Positions 8,836-18,165 of a stretch of 64,000 nt of DNA are shown here, in pieces. Position numbers and translations under genes: made by a program. Below the pieces are notes generated by a model. The model was not told where the DNA came from and ran no database searches. It saw only the letters and a list, made by a program, of their open reading frames with translations. Numbering within the stretch: the stretch's first letter is position 1; every line of letters starts with the position of its first letter. Origin of the DNA: Bacilli bacterium (GTDB lineage Bacteria > Bacillota_I > Bacilli_A > RF39 > UBA660); assembly GCA_017398945.1 (NCBI GenBank), contig JAFQES010000014.1:2394-66393 (forward strand), written 5' to 3'.

Positions 8836-9423
8836 ATGAAAACAAAGGATGTTATAGTCTTTATTTTAAATAACAATTTAGTTGTAAAGAAAGATGAGAA
8901 GATAGAAAAATTAGAACTAGATTCCAAAATTATGAAGTATGGAAGAATCAATGACATAAAAGAATTATTTAAGTTATTTAATAAATCTTCTATCTTAAAA
9001 GCGAGTAACAAAAAAATATTTAGTGATAATTTATATTTTATCTATTTTAGTGACTATACAGACTTAGAACTTAATACTTTAAAAACAACATTTAATGAAT
9101 ATGGTTTTGATAAAGTAAACCTAATTTGCTTTGCTAATTTATTAAAGTATCCAAGATTAACTATGTATCTAGTAAATGATATATCAAAATATTGTATTTA
9201 TACTGTGGATAACTTTGAAGTTATTAACAGTGAATTATTTAAAAATATAGATGATTTAGTTCAATTCTTATTAAGAAAATATAAGTTTAAAGAGTTAATT
9301 TTAATAGATAATAATCACTTGGATTATTTTAAGGAAGTAGAACAAAAATATAAGATAAAATGTTATGTTTTAGATAATGATGAAAATTACATTTTTAAAT
9401 TATTTATGGAGCGCAATTCTTGA
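8836..9423 (+). CDS. Highly diverged, shortened MreB/Mbl-like actin-fold protein
   Basis: Occupies the mbl position after spoIIID; IMKYGRINDI..IFS.NLYFIY..YTDLE...K..F...G.DKVNL parallels Mbl PLKDGVIADF..LFSKPRMLICCP..ITSVE.KAIK...SG.KHVYL. Confidence 0.5.
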   Translation: MKTKDVIVFILNNNLVVKKDEKIEKLELDSKIMKYGRINDIKELFKLFNKSSILKASNKKIFSDNLYFIYFSDYTDLELNTLKTTFNEYGFDKVNLICFANLLKYPRLTMYLVNDISKYCIYTVDNFEVINSELFKNIDDLVQFLLRKYKFKELILIDNNHLDYFKEVEQKYKIKCYVLDNDENYIFKLFMERNS

Positions 9424-9490
9424 TTGCGTTTTTTCATGATTTTCGATATAATTGCTATTAGTTAATATAGAAGAGTGGTTGGTGAAAAGT

Positions 9491-10210
9491 GTGATTAAGT
9501 TTGTAGTGGTTGACGATGAAGAAAGTTGTTTAAATAATGTCAAAGACATAATTAGAGAAGTAACCTTTAATTTGGAAGAAGAAGTTAAGATAGAAACTTT
9601 TACAAAGTATTCAAAAAAGTTAGAAAAAGAAATAAATAATGTTTCCGAAAGAAAAATTTATATTTTAGATATTCAACTAGACGATAAGTTCTCTGGAATT
9701 CAAGTGGCAGAAATGATTAGAAGTGTTGACTGGGAAAGTGAAATAATCTTTATGACTTATCATGATAAAATGTTTGAAACTGTTTACCGAAAGGTTTATG
9801 AAGTTTTTAGCTTTATTGAAAAATTTCACGACTTTCGCGAACGACTTAAAAAAGATTTAAAAACTATATTAAAGAAAAATTGTGATAACAAATTATTTGT
9901 TTATCAAAGTAGAAATGTTGATTTAAAAATTTATTTAAAAAATATTTTGTATATCTATCGAGATAAAGAAGAGCGAAAAGTTGTCATTGTAACTGATAAT
10001 AATAAATTTACGGTTGGACTTGGAGTTCAAGAAATATTAGAGTTTTTAGATTCATCGTTTGCTGTGGTTCATCGAGCTTGTATTGTTAATAAAACAAGAG
10101 TACAAAAGTATCATTGGACTGATAAATATTTTGTTTTGGATACAGGTGAAGAAGTAAATATGTTATCAAAGAAGTATAAGAAAGAAGTGTTATGTGGTAA
10201 TGAGTGTTGA
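9491..10210 (+). CDS. agrA: AgrA-like LytTR response regulator
   Basis: Receiver VVDDE..ILDIQL..SGI..FMT..FIEK; LytTR HRACIVN; GTG start at 9491. Confidence 0.88.
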   Translation: MIKFVVVDDEESCLNNVKDIIREVTFNLEEEVKIETFTKYSKKLEKEINNVSERKIYILDIQLDDKFSGIQVAEMIRSVDWESEIIFMTYHDKMFETVYRKVYEVFSFIEKFHDFRERLKKDLKTILKKNCDNKLFVYQSRNVDLKIYLKNILYIYRDKEERKVVIVTDNNKFTVGLGVQEILEFLDSSFAVVHRACIVNKTRVQKYHWTDKYFVLDTGEEVNMLSKKYKKEVLCGNEC

Positions 10211-11474
10211 GTTTGTGTTGTATAGTTTAGCAACTAGTGTTTGTTATTTTTGTACAAATTGGATATATGGGATATTATCAAAACAAAAGTTTAAACTTAA
10301 TTTACCTATAATTATATTAATTTTTCTTATGGGTACATTAAATACATATATTAATATGCATTTTTCTGTTTCTATTAAAATAGTATATAATTTAATATGT
10401 TATTGTACTTTAACAAAATTGATTTATAAAGATGATATTAAAACTTGGTTATTTTATAGTTTGTTAATTTGGTCTGCTGGTAGTATGTTAGATATGTTAT
10501 TTATGTCTGCAATTTCAGCACTATTGTTTTTTGTTTTAGATAGTATGCCTACAATAGCGATTCCATTTATAACTTTGTTATTACAAGTTGTATATAATTT
10601 TTTGTTTAGAATAAAATTTGTACAAAATTGGATAAATAAATTGAAAGAAAAAATTGAAAAGATTCCTAATATTGGGTGGATATATTTTATAGTAATAATT
10701 CTTTTGGTGTTATTTAGTACTTTAGCATTCAATAATATGAAAAATTTAACAAATGAAATAATGATATTATTTTTAGTTTTAATTGCAATCTCCATTAGTG
10801 TGCATTTAATACATTCTATATATTCAGAAAAAATATATAATGAAGCTTTAAAAAATTTGTTAAATAATAACTTGTATTATGTTGATCTAAATTCTAAAAA
10901 CAGAATATTTAAGCATAATATAATTCATAAATTAGATGGCGTTAAAACTGTTGCTAATGATAAGGTAAAGAAATTAGTTAACGATATTATAAAGGAATAT
11001 AACTTATCAAGTTTGCCAAATAAGGAAATAGATAATTTGCCTAATGGAATTAATGGTTTGATTTGTCAGAAAATTTATAGTAATAAAAGTAAAAAACTAA
11101 ATTTTGCTATAAATAATTATTTAAAAAGTGATTTGTTTGAAATTTTAACCCCTAAAAATTATAATAAATTATGTGAAACTTTAGGTATTTGTCTAGATAA
11201 TGCTATTAATGCATCCTTAAAGACAAAAGATAAGGTATTACAAATTGTTATTTTAGAAAATGATGATAACATTTTTATTAAAATCATCAATACTTTTAAA
11301 TCGGAAATAGAAATAGATAATTTAGGTACACTTAACTATACTACAAAGCGTGAAGGTCATGGTTTAGGACTATATTCGATTTTTATGAAAAAAGGAGTTA
11401 AAATTAAAACTTCCATTATTAATAATTTGTTTGAGAATCAGCTTATTATAAAAAAAAGAAAAGTTAAAGCATAA
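10194..11474 (+). CDS. agrC: AgrC-like membrane GHKL histidine kinase
   Basis: About 6 TM segments, FKHNI H-box, LDNAI N-box, TTK.EGHGLGL G-box. Confidence 0.85.
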   Translation: MVMSVEFVLYSLATSVCYFCTNWIYGILSKQKFKLNLPIIILIFLMGTLNTYINMHFSVSIKIVYNLICYCTLTKLIYKDDIKTWLFYSLLIWSAGSMLDMLFMSAISALLFFVLDSMPTIAIPFITLLLQVVYNFLFRIKFVQNWINKLKEKIEKIPNIGWIYFIVIILLVLFSTLAFNNMKNLTNEIMILFLVLIAISISVHLIHSIYSEKIYNEALKNLLNNNLYYVDLNSKNRIFKHNIIHKLDGVKTVANDKVKKLVNDIIKEYNLSSLPNKEIDNLPNGINGLICQKIYSNKSKKLNFAINNYLKSDLFEILTPKNYNKLCETLGICLDNAINASLKTKDKVLQIVILENDDNIFIKIINTFKSEIEIDNLGTLNYTTKREGHGLGLYSIFMKKGVKIKTSIINNLFENQLIIKKRKVKA

Positions 11475-11507
11475 AAAAATAATCACATTTATCGTGATTA
11501 TTTTTTT
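11473..11507. terminator. Bidirectional terminator between agrAC and agrBD
   Basis: AAAAAAATAATCAC-N7-GTGATTATTTTTTT perfect inverted repeat. Confidence 0.8.
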
Positions 11508-11516
11508 GACATTATA

Positions 11517-11633
11517 CTATAATAATTCTTGTGGACATTCAGGTTCGTCAAAAGCAAACATACATGTTTTGCTTGTTCCAGTTGATGCAACACCAGTAAA
11601 TAGATTAGCTAATAAATTTGCAAAAAAACTCAT
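11517..11633 (-). CDS. agrD: AgrD autoinducing peptide precursor (38 aa; not in ORF track)
   Basis: MSFFANLLANLFTGVASTGTSKT-CMFAF-DEPECPQELL; AAAGGAGG RBS; directly downstream of agrB. Confidence 0.9.
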   Translation of the reverse strand: MSFFANLLANLFTGVASTGTSKTCMFAFDEPECPQELL

Positions 11634-11670
11634 AATTACCTCCTTTTATTCTAGTTTAAATATATTTAAA

Positions 11671-12276
11671 TTAATTTAAACCTTTTTTATAGTTTATATA
11701 ATTATTAAATGGTGTTTTTGTTATCTTATAAAGAAGTGGACATATGCAACTTCCTTCTAACACCAAACTTAAAAATAATGCATTTAGTATAGTTGTATCA
11801 TTCGAAAAATAGATTATTGGATAATACATAGCAATGATTACTAATGATTTAATCTTTAATTTTCTTCTTTTTTCTACTTTGATAATTGGCCTTTTAGGAG
11901 TATCAGCTGGTGCCCATAAAATAAAGAATACTGCAGTTATCATCCATGTGATTGCAATTATAAATTTAGGAATTGCTAGGTATTTTATAAATATTGAGCC
12001 GCCGATATATATTGTTATAGTTGATATCCAGCATGCTATATTGCTTGAAGCGTGAATACCGAATGCATATGTTCTAAGTAATGCATAAAATATTAACAAT
12101 AGTAAAAATTCTTTTGTAGTACCTATAATAATGGATATTAAAAATACAACTAATGTTTTAGTGATTAATGTATATATGCATTCCATTCCATAACGATATA
12201 TTTTTAAATCTGTTTCACTACATACTTTATTCTTTTTTATTAAAGTAACTGTATTATTTATGATTTGCTCTTTCAT
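11671..12276 (-). CDS. agrB: Accessory gene regulator B (AIP-processing peptidase)
   Basis: YRYGME, LRTYAFGIHASSNIAC (catalytic H and C), WAPADTPKRPI. Confidence 0.93.
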   Translation of the reverse strand: MKEQIINNTVTLIKKNKVCSETDLKIYRYGMECIYTLITKTLVVFLISIIIGTTKEFLLLLIFYALLRTYAFGIHASSNIACWISTITIYIGGSIFIKYLAIPKFIIAITWMITAVFFILWAPADTPKRPIIKVEKRRKLKIKSLVIIAMYYPIIYFSNDTTILNALFLSLVLEGSCICPLLYKITKTPFNNYINYKKGLN

Positions 12277-12617
12277 ACTACCTCCGCAAACTAAATAATT
12301 TATTTATCAAAGTTTTTGTTTACTTTGATGAACTAACTATACAACATAAAATAATTTAATAACCAAAAATTTCCTTTAAAGATTATTTTTGTATTTGAAA
12401 CTTGTAATTAATAATTTTGGGTTATGTTAAAAAGTTGTTTTAGACATAAAACTGATATTTTGAAACAATTTAACTTGAAATTTTTTTGTCATTCGTTATT
12501 ATGGTAAAGTCCCCTGCAGACAGGATGTAAGAAGCGAATTTTGTCGACTGGTATTATTTGCTTCTTAAAAAGTAGTTGTGGTAAGTTATAGATGTAAGAA
12601 GAAGGAGAGGTGGAATT

Positions 12618-12830
12618 ATGCAAGGACGCGTTAAGTGGTTCAATAATGAAAAAGGATATGGATTTATTGAATATGAAAACTTAGAAGATATTTTCGTTCA
12701 CTATTCAGCTATAATAAAAGATGGCTACAAGACTTTGAAAGAAGGATCAATAGTAGAATTTAAATTAATCGAAACATCAAAAGGTCTTCAAGCAATTGAA
12801 GTTAAAGAAGCTGCATTAACTACTGTATAG
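12618..12830 (+). CDS. csp: Cold-shock protein
   Basis: [29 protein letters not shown]. Confidence 0.95.
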   Translation: MQGRVKWFNNEKGYGFIEYENLEDIFVHYSAIIKDGYKTLKEGSIVEFKLIETSKGLQAIEVKEAALTTV

Positions 12831-12895
12831 TAGTTTTTTTAAACTTTAAATTACTTAATATATATGTTATAATCTAATTGGAGGATGATGGAAAA

Positions 12896-13429
12896 ATGCA
12901 AATAAATTATAGAGGAGATAAAATTACGGTTACACCAGCGATTAAAGACTATGTAGCAGAAAAATTATCTAGATTAGATCGCTACTTTGAAAACGCTGAA
13001 GGTATTACTGCTTATGTGCTTATAAAAGTAAAATATAAGTTACAAACTATTGAAGTAACTGTACCAACAAGTAGATTTACTTTAAGAGCTGAGGTAAGTC
13101 ATGAAGATTTATATGCTGCAACAGATTTAGTAACGGATGTATTAGAAAGACAAATTAGAAAGAATAAGACAAGACTTAATAAGAGATATAAAGATTCGGC
13201 TGTTATGGAATTTAAATTTGATTATGAAGTAGAAGCTGGAGAAGAAGATAAAAATAAAATTGTTAAACGTAAAAATATTGAAATGAAACCAATGGATGAA
13301 GATGAAGCTATTTTACAAATGAGTTTAATAGATCATGATTTCTTTGTATTTAAAAATCTTGATGAAGAATGTGTTTCTGTTATTTATAAAAGAAAAGATG
13401 ATAGCTTTGGTATCATTAACGTAAAATAA
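12896..13429 (+). CDS. hpf: Ribosome hibernation promoting factor (long HPF)
   Basis: VTPAIKDY..EKL, DLYAA.DLV...LERQIRKNKTR, KPMDEDEAILQM. Confidence 0.93.
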   Translation: MQINYRGDKITVTPAIKDYVAEKLSRLDRYFENAEGITAYVLIKVKYKLQTIEVTVPTSRFTLRAEVSHEDLYAATDLVTDVLERQIRKNKTRLNKRYKDSAVMEFKFDYEVEAGEEDKNKIVKRKNIEMKPMDEDEAILQMSLIDHDFFVFKNLDEECVSVIYKRKDDSFGIINVK

Positions 13430-13448
13430 TAATTATTAACTATTGTAT

Positions 13449-13477
13449 AAAAAGGAGTGAAATGTCACTCTTTTTTT
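13449..13477 (+). terminator. Rho-independent terminator
   Basis: AAAAAGGAGTGA-aatg-TCACTCTTTTTT. Confidence 0.8.
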
Positions 13478-13505
13478 GTTATAATAATAAAATGGAGGTA
13501 TGTAT

Positions 13506-15992
13506 ATGGGACTTTTAAAGAAGTTGTTTGATACAGAATACAAAGAATTAAAAAGGTTTAATGAGATAGCTAATAAGATTGTAGCTATGGAAAGTGATAT
13601 AGAAAAATTATCTGATGAAGAATTAAAAGCTAAAACCGAGGAGTTTAGAAAAGAATTAGCTGAAGGAAAAGATTTAGATGAATTGGTTATTCCAGCTTTT
13701 GCAGTTGCTAGAGAAGCTTGTTTTAGAGCAATTGGAGAAAAACCTTATTTAGTGCAGTTAATTGGTGGACTTGCCATTCATTATGGTAATATTGCGGAAA
13801 TGAAAACTGGTGAAGGTAAAACTTTAACAACAGTGTTACCTGCTTATTTAAATGCGTTAAGCGGTAAAGGTGTTCATGTTGTTACGACGAATGAATATTT
13901 ATCAAGTAGAAATGCTGAATGGATGAAACCAATTTATGATTTATTAGGAATAACTGTTGGAGTTAACTTAAGAGAATTAAGTCCGAAAGAAAAAAGAGAA
14001 GTTTATAATAAAGATATTACTTATTCTACGAATAATGAAATTGGATTTGATTACTTAAGAGATAATATGGTTGTTAAAGCAACTGAGCGTGTTTTAAGAC
14101 CACTTAACTTTTGCATTATCGATGAGGTTGATTCAATACTAATAGATGAGGCTAGGACTCCGTTAATTATTTCTGGCGGACAACTTAATTCAGTTAATTT
14201 ATATGTTAATGCCGATAGAGCTGCTAAAATATGTAAGGAAGATATTGATTATACAATTGATGAAAAAACTAAATCTGTGTCTTTAACAGAAGACGGCGCT
14301 AAGAAAATGGAAAAACATTTTAAATTAGATAATCTTTATGATATGGATAATACAGCTTTAGTTCATTGTTTAAATCAAGCTTTAAAAGCTAACTATGGAT
14401 TTAAAAAAGATGTTGATTATGTGGTTAATGAAGATGAAGTAATTATTGTTGATCAATTTACAGGAAGATTAATGCATGGTAGACAATTTAGTGATGGACT
14501 TCACCAAGCTTTAGAAGCTAAAGAAGGTGTGACTATTAATGCCGAAACTAAAACTATGGCGACGATAACATTCCAAAATTTATTTAGAATGTATAATAAA
14601 TTATCTGGTATGACTGGTACAGCTAAAACCGAAGAAGAAGAATTTAGAAACATTTATAATATGTATGTTATTCAAATTCCAACTAATAAACCAGTTGTAA
14701 GAGAAGATTTGGCTGATTTAGTTTATGCTAATGCTAAAGGAAAATATAAAGCAATTATAAATACAGTTAAACAAATTCATGAAACAGGACAACCAATCTT
14801 AATTGGTACTATTTCCGTAGAAGCTAATGAATATTTAAGTGGTTTGCTTAAAAAAGCGGGATTAAAACATGAAGTTTTAAATGCTAAGAACCATGAAAGA
14901 GAAGCAGAAATTATTGCAAAAGCTGGTGAAAAGGGAGCTATCACTTTAGCAACTAATATGGCTGGTCGTGGTACTGATATTAAATTAGGTGAAGGAATTA
15001 GAGAACTTGGTGGTTTATGTGTTATTGGAACAGAACGTCATGAATCTCGTCGTATTGATAATCAGTTAAGAGGACGTGCTGGAAGACAAGGCGATCCTGG
15101 TATGAGCCAATTCTTCGTATCTTTTGAAGATGATTTAATGCGTCGTTTTGGAACTGATAGAATTAAAATGATGCTTGAAAATATGGGAGTTACCGATGAA
15201 CAAGCAATTCGTTCTAAGGTTTTAACTAAGAGTATTGAAACCGCTCAAAAGAAAGTTGAAGGAAATAACTACGATATTAGAAAAAGCTTACTTGATTATG
15301 ATAATGTTTTAAATGAGCAAAGAGAAATAATTTATAATCGTCGTAATGAAATTTTAGATGAAGAAAGTATTCATGATAAAATATTAGTATCATTTAAAAA
15401 TACAGTTGAAGATTTAGTTAATGCTCATATTGAACCAGAAGGTTATTTAACAGATTATGATTTATCTGAAATCGCTGAATATATGAATACTAATTTCTTG
15501 AAAAATAAAGAAATTAAACTAGAAGAATTAAAAGATAAAAAAGAAACAGATGTTACCGATTGCTTGTATGATTTAGTTGTGAGTGATTATGAAGCAAAAA
15601 TTAAAGATATTCCATATACAGATGAATTTGAAAAAGCAATATCATTAAGAGTAATTGATTCAAGTTGGGTTGACCATATGAACGATATGGAACATTTAAA
15701 AGAAGGTATTGGACTTAGAGGATATGGTCAAGTAAATCCAATTCAAGCTTACACTATGGAAGGATTTGAAATGTTTGATAATCTACTTAGTAAGATAGAT
15801 AGTACAATTGCTAAATTCTTACTTAAAGCAGAAGTAAAACAAAATATTGAAAGAAAACAAACTTTAAAAGGAAATGCCTCTGATGGAAAAGAAACTATTA
15901 AGAAATCTCCTAAGAGAAGTGTAAAAGTTGGAAGAAATGATGCTTGTCCATGTGGCAGTGGTAAAAAATACAAGCAATGTTGTGGAAAATAA
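13506..15992 (+). CDS. secA: Preprotein translocase ATPase SecA
   Basis: AEMKTGEGKT, DEVDSILIDEARTP, ATNMAGRGTDI, C-terminal SEC-C CPCGSGKKYKQCC. Confidence 0.98.
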   Translation: MGLLKKLFDTEYKELKRFNEIANKIVAMESDIEKLSDEELKAKTEEFRKELAEGKDLDELVIPAFAVAREACFRAIGEKPYLVQLIGGLAIHYGNIAEMKTGEGKTLTTVLPAYLNALSGKGVHVVTTNEYLSSRNAEWMKPIYDLLGITVGVNLRELSPKEKREVYNKDITYSTNNEIGFDYLRDNMVVKATERVLRPLNFCIIDEVDSILIDEARTPLIISGGQLNSVNLYVNADRAAKICKEDIDYTIDEKTKSVSLTEDGAKKMEKHFKLDNLYDMDNTALVHCLNQALKANYGFKKDVDYVVNEDEVIIVDQFTGRLMHGRQFSDGLHQALEAKEGVTINAETKTMATITFQNLFRMYNKLSGMTGTAKTEEEEFRNIYNMYVIQIPTNKPVVREDLADLVYANAKGKYKAIINTVKQIHETGQPILIGTISVEANEYLSGLLKKAGLKHEVLNAKNHEREAEIIAKAGEKGAITLATNMAGRGTDIKLGEGIRELGGLCVIGTERHESRRIDNQLRGRAGRQGDPGMSQFFVSFEDDLMRRFGTDRIKMMLENMGVTDEQAIRSKVLTKSIETAQKKVEGNNYDIRKSLLDYDNVLNEQREIIYNRRNEILDEESIHDKILVSFKNTVEDLVNAHIEPEGYLTDYDLSEIAEYMNTNFLKNKEIKLEELKDKKETDVTDCLYDLVVSDYEAKIKDIPYTDEFEKAISLRVIDSSWVDHMNDMEHLKEGIGLRGYGQVNPIQAYTMEGFEMFDNLLSKIDSTIAKFLLKAEVKQNIERKQTLKGNASDGKETIKKSPKRSVKVGRNDACPCGSGKKYKQCCGK

Positions 15993-16033
15993 CTCGCAAA
16001 CCCAGATAATATAAGGGAAAACGCGAGTTTTTT
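15991..16033 (+). terminator. Hairpin/terminator after secA
   Basis: AACTCGC..CCC..GGG..GCGAGTT followed by a T-run. Confidence 0.6.
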
Positions 16034-16087
16034 CTTTGCTAAAAAATTGCGAGTTTATATGCTCTGAGCGACTTTAGATACCTTTTT
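16033..16087 (+). repeat. Imperfect direct repeat, copy 1
   Basis: TCTTTGCTAAAAAATT-N24-TTTAGATACCTTTTT. Confidence 0.8.
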
Positions 16088-16144
16088 CCGTTATTTTTGA
16101 AAGATAAAAAAATATGATATAATTATTTATAGGAGTTGATAATA

Positions 16145-16723
16145 ATGAAAATGGAAACAGAAATTACTGTATTAGTTAAGAGTACTTATAATGACCTAAA
16201 AAAGGAATTAGAAAAGAATGGCTTTCAAATAAAAGAAGAATATGAATTAAGGGATGACTATATGATTAATAATGATATTGACTTATCAAAATTATCAAAA
16301 TTAGAAATTCTTCAAAATTGTATTCTGGTTAGAGATATAGTTAATATAAAAAAAGAATTACTTTATAAATATAAAAAGTATGCTTCTAATGGAGATATAT
16401 TAGAACAAGGTAAAGTAGAATGTCCTGTTACGGATATTGATAAAGCTGTCAAATTTATGGAATCAATAAATTATAAAAAAATATTTAATGTATATGATAA
16501 ATGCATAGTGTTTGCAAATAGAGAAACTGAGCTAGTAGTGCAATTAGTAAATAATAAATATATTTTTATAGAAATGGAATCTGAATGTGAACATATAGAT
16601 AGAAAATATGAATCTGCTGAAGAATTAATGAAAGATTTAAGTAGGTATAATTTACCAATTGATAATTCCAATTATTTTGTAAAAAAAGCTGAATTAATAT
16701 TAAGTGAAACATTAAAAATATAG
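16145..16723 (+). CDS. CYTH-like (class IV adenylate cyclase / triphosphate tunnel) protein
   Basis: N-terminal METEITV (ExE motif), D.Y, LVR, FIEME pattern. Confidence 0.65.
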   Translation: MKMETEITVLVKSTYNDLKKELEKNGFQIKEEYELRDDYMINNDIDLSKLSKLEILQNCILVRDIVNIKKELLYKYKKYASNGDILEQGKVECPVTDIDKAVKFMESINYKKIFNVYDKCIVFANRETELVVQLVNNKYIFIEMESECEHIDRKYESAEELMKDLSRYNLPIDNSNYFVKKAELILSETLKI

Positions 16724-16777
16724 TCTTTGCTAAAAAATTTCGAAAAAGTATTAAAAGAGTATTTTAGATACCTTTTT
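16724..16777 (+). repeat. Imperfect direct repeat, copy 2
   Basis: TCTTTGCTAAAAAATT-N23-TTTAGATACCTTTTT starting immediately after the CYTH stop codon. Confidence 0.8.
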
Positions 16778-16859
16778 AGAACCATTTTTTTCTAAATTTT
16801 TATTAAAATAAAAGAGAATGATTAAACATGTGAAATAATTTATATATAGAAGTTGATAT

Positions 16860-17327
16860 ATGGAATATCAATTAGAAAAAGTTACTTTAGATAAAAAAGA
16901 GATTTTATATAATTTATTATAATTTGCATTATATGATGGAAGTCAATATATAAAAAACGAGTTAAACCAAAAAGGTATGTTTAATTATACTTGGTTTGAT
17001 AATTATTTTACTGACTTAGATAGAGAAGCTTATTTTATAAAAAGTAGTAATAATTATTTAGGATTTGTTATGATAAATGAAAATTTAAAGTTTAATAAAT
17101 CAGGTAAAAGTGTAGCAGAATTTTTAATAATACCACAATATAGAAGAAATCATATAGGTAAAAAAGTAGCTATTGAAATTTTTGATAAGTATAAAGGTTA
17201 TTGGGAAGTTGAACCAATAGAAGGTAGTGAACAGGCATATTATTTTTGGAAAAAAACTATTGAGGAATATACAGAGAATAATTATGAAATAAAAGATAAC
17301 CAAGTTTTTGTATTTGAAAAACTGTGA
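16860..17327 (+). pseudogene. GNAT acetyltransferase with in-frame TAA at codon 21
   Basis: MEYQLEKVTLDKKEILYNLL*FALYDGSQY... in frame with ORF 16977; AEFLIIPQYRRNHIGK motif A; stop at 16920-16922. Confidence 0.85.
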
Positions 17328-17345
17328 AATGATAGGAGGTGTTTC

Positions 17346-17915
17346 ATGACTTTAGAGGAAATAGATAAACAAATACATAATTGTAATTTGTGTGAGGGCA
17401 TGGTAGAAAAGTTTCCAAATAGTAAAACTGTATCTAAAGGTCGAAAAAAGGACATAGTAATATTAGGAGAAGCCCCTGCTAATAATGGATGGAGAAAAAG
17501 TGGTATTGCTTGGTATGATGTAAATCATAAATTATTACCATCAGGAGTAGTTTTGCAGAAACTATTAGATATAATAAATTTAACAATAGAAGATACATAC
17601 TTTTTAGAGGCAATTAAATGTTTTCCTAAAGACAGAAAATATTTAAAGAAATGTAATAATAATTGTAAAAAATATTTACTACAACAATTAAGTGTTATTA
17701 ATCCTAAAGTAGTATTAGCTTTAGGTGATTCAGCAACTAAGGCTATTTTAGACATTAAATATAATAAGTTTAGTGAAATTGTTGGAAAAAAATATTGTAT
17801 TAATAATATTGTGATTATACCAATATATCATCCTAGCCCTATATCTCCAAAAAGTTATAATGGTAATGTAGAAATTTTTGAAAATATAAAAAAGTACATA
17901 GGAGAGATTTATTAG
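17346..17915 (+). CDS. Uracil-DNA glycosylase, family 4/5-like (Fe-S)
   Basis: CNLC, GEAP, IKCFP, C, YHPSP. Confidence 0.85.
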   Translation: MTLEEIDKQIHNCNLCEGMVEKFPNSKTVSKGRKKDIVILGEAPANNGWRKSGIAWYDVNHKLLPSGVVLQKLLDIINLTIEDTYFLEAIKCFPKDRKYLKKCNNNCKKYLLQQLSVINPKVVLALGDSATKAILDIKYNKFSEIVGKKYCINNIVIIPIYHPSPISPKSYNGNVEIFENIKKYIGEIY

Positions 17916-18165
17916 TTGAATTAGAAGAATATATTTTCAATTAATAAAGATAATTTAGCTCAACTACATCCAGAATATAGAGAAAAGATGGCTATATTAG
18001 ATTTGTAAGAGGTAAATAATTGTAATGTCAAATGCTATTTGGCTATTGAAAATAACAAAGCTATTGGTCTTATCATGGATTGATGTATTTGCCTATAATG
18101 AAATAGGTAAGAATTTTTATTCTAAAAATAATTATCATACAAGAGGCGAAATAAGAGTAAAAAAT
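17912..18165 (+). pseudogene. Decayed GNAT acetyltransferase fragment
   Basis: Broken frames give LVELEEYI / KDNLAQLHPEYREKMAILDL* / KCYLAIENNKAIGLIM / IDVFAYNEIGKNFYSKNNYH (GNAT N..A..FY.K motif). Confidence 0.55.

Noticed and set aside
11494-11679. 61-aa + strand ORF from the track
   Set aside because: Antisense shadow of the real agrD
16033-16777. Possible CRISPR array
   Set aside because: Only two copies 690 bp apart with a whole gene between them; no cas genes
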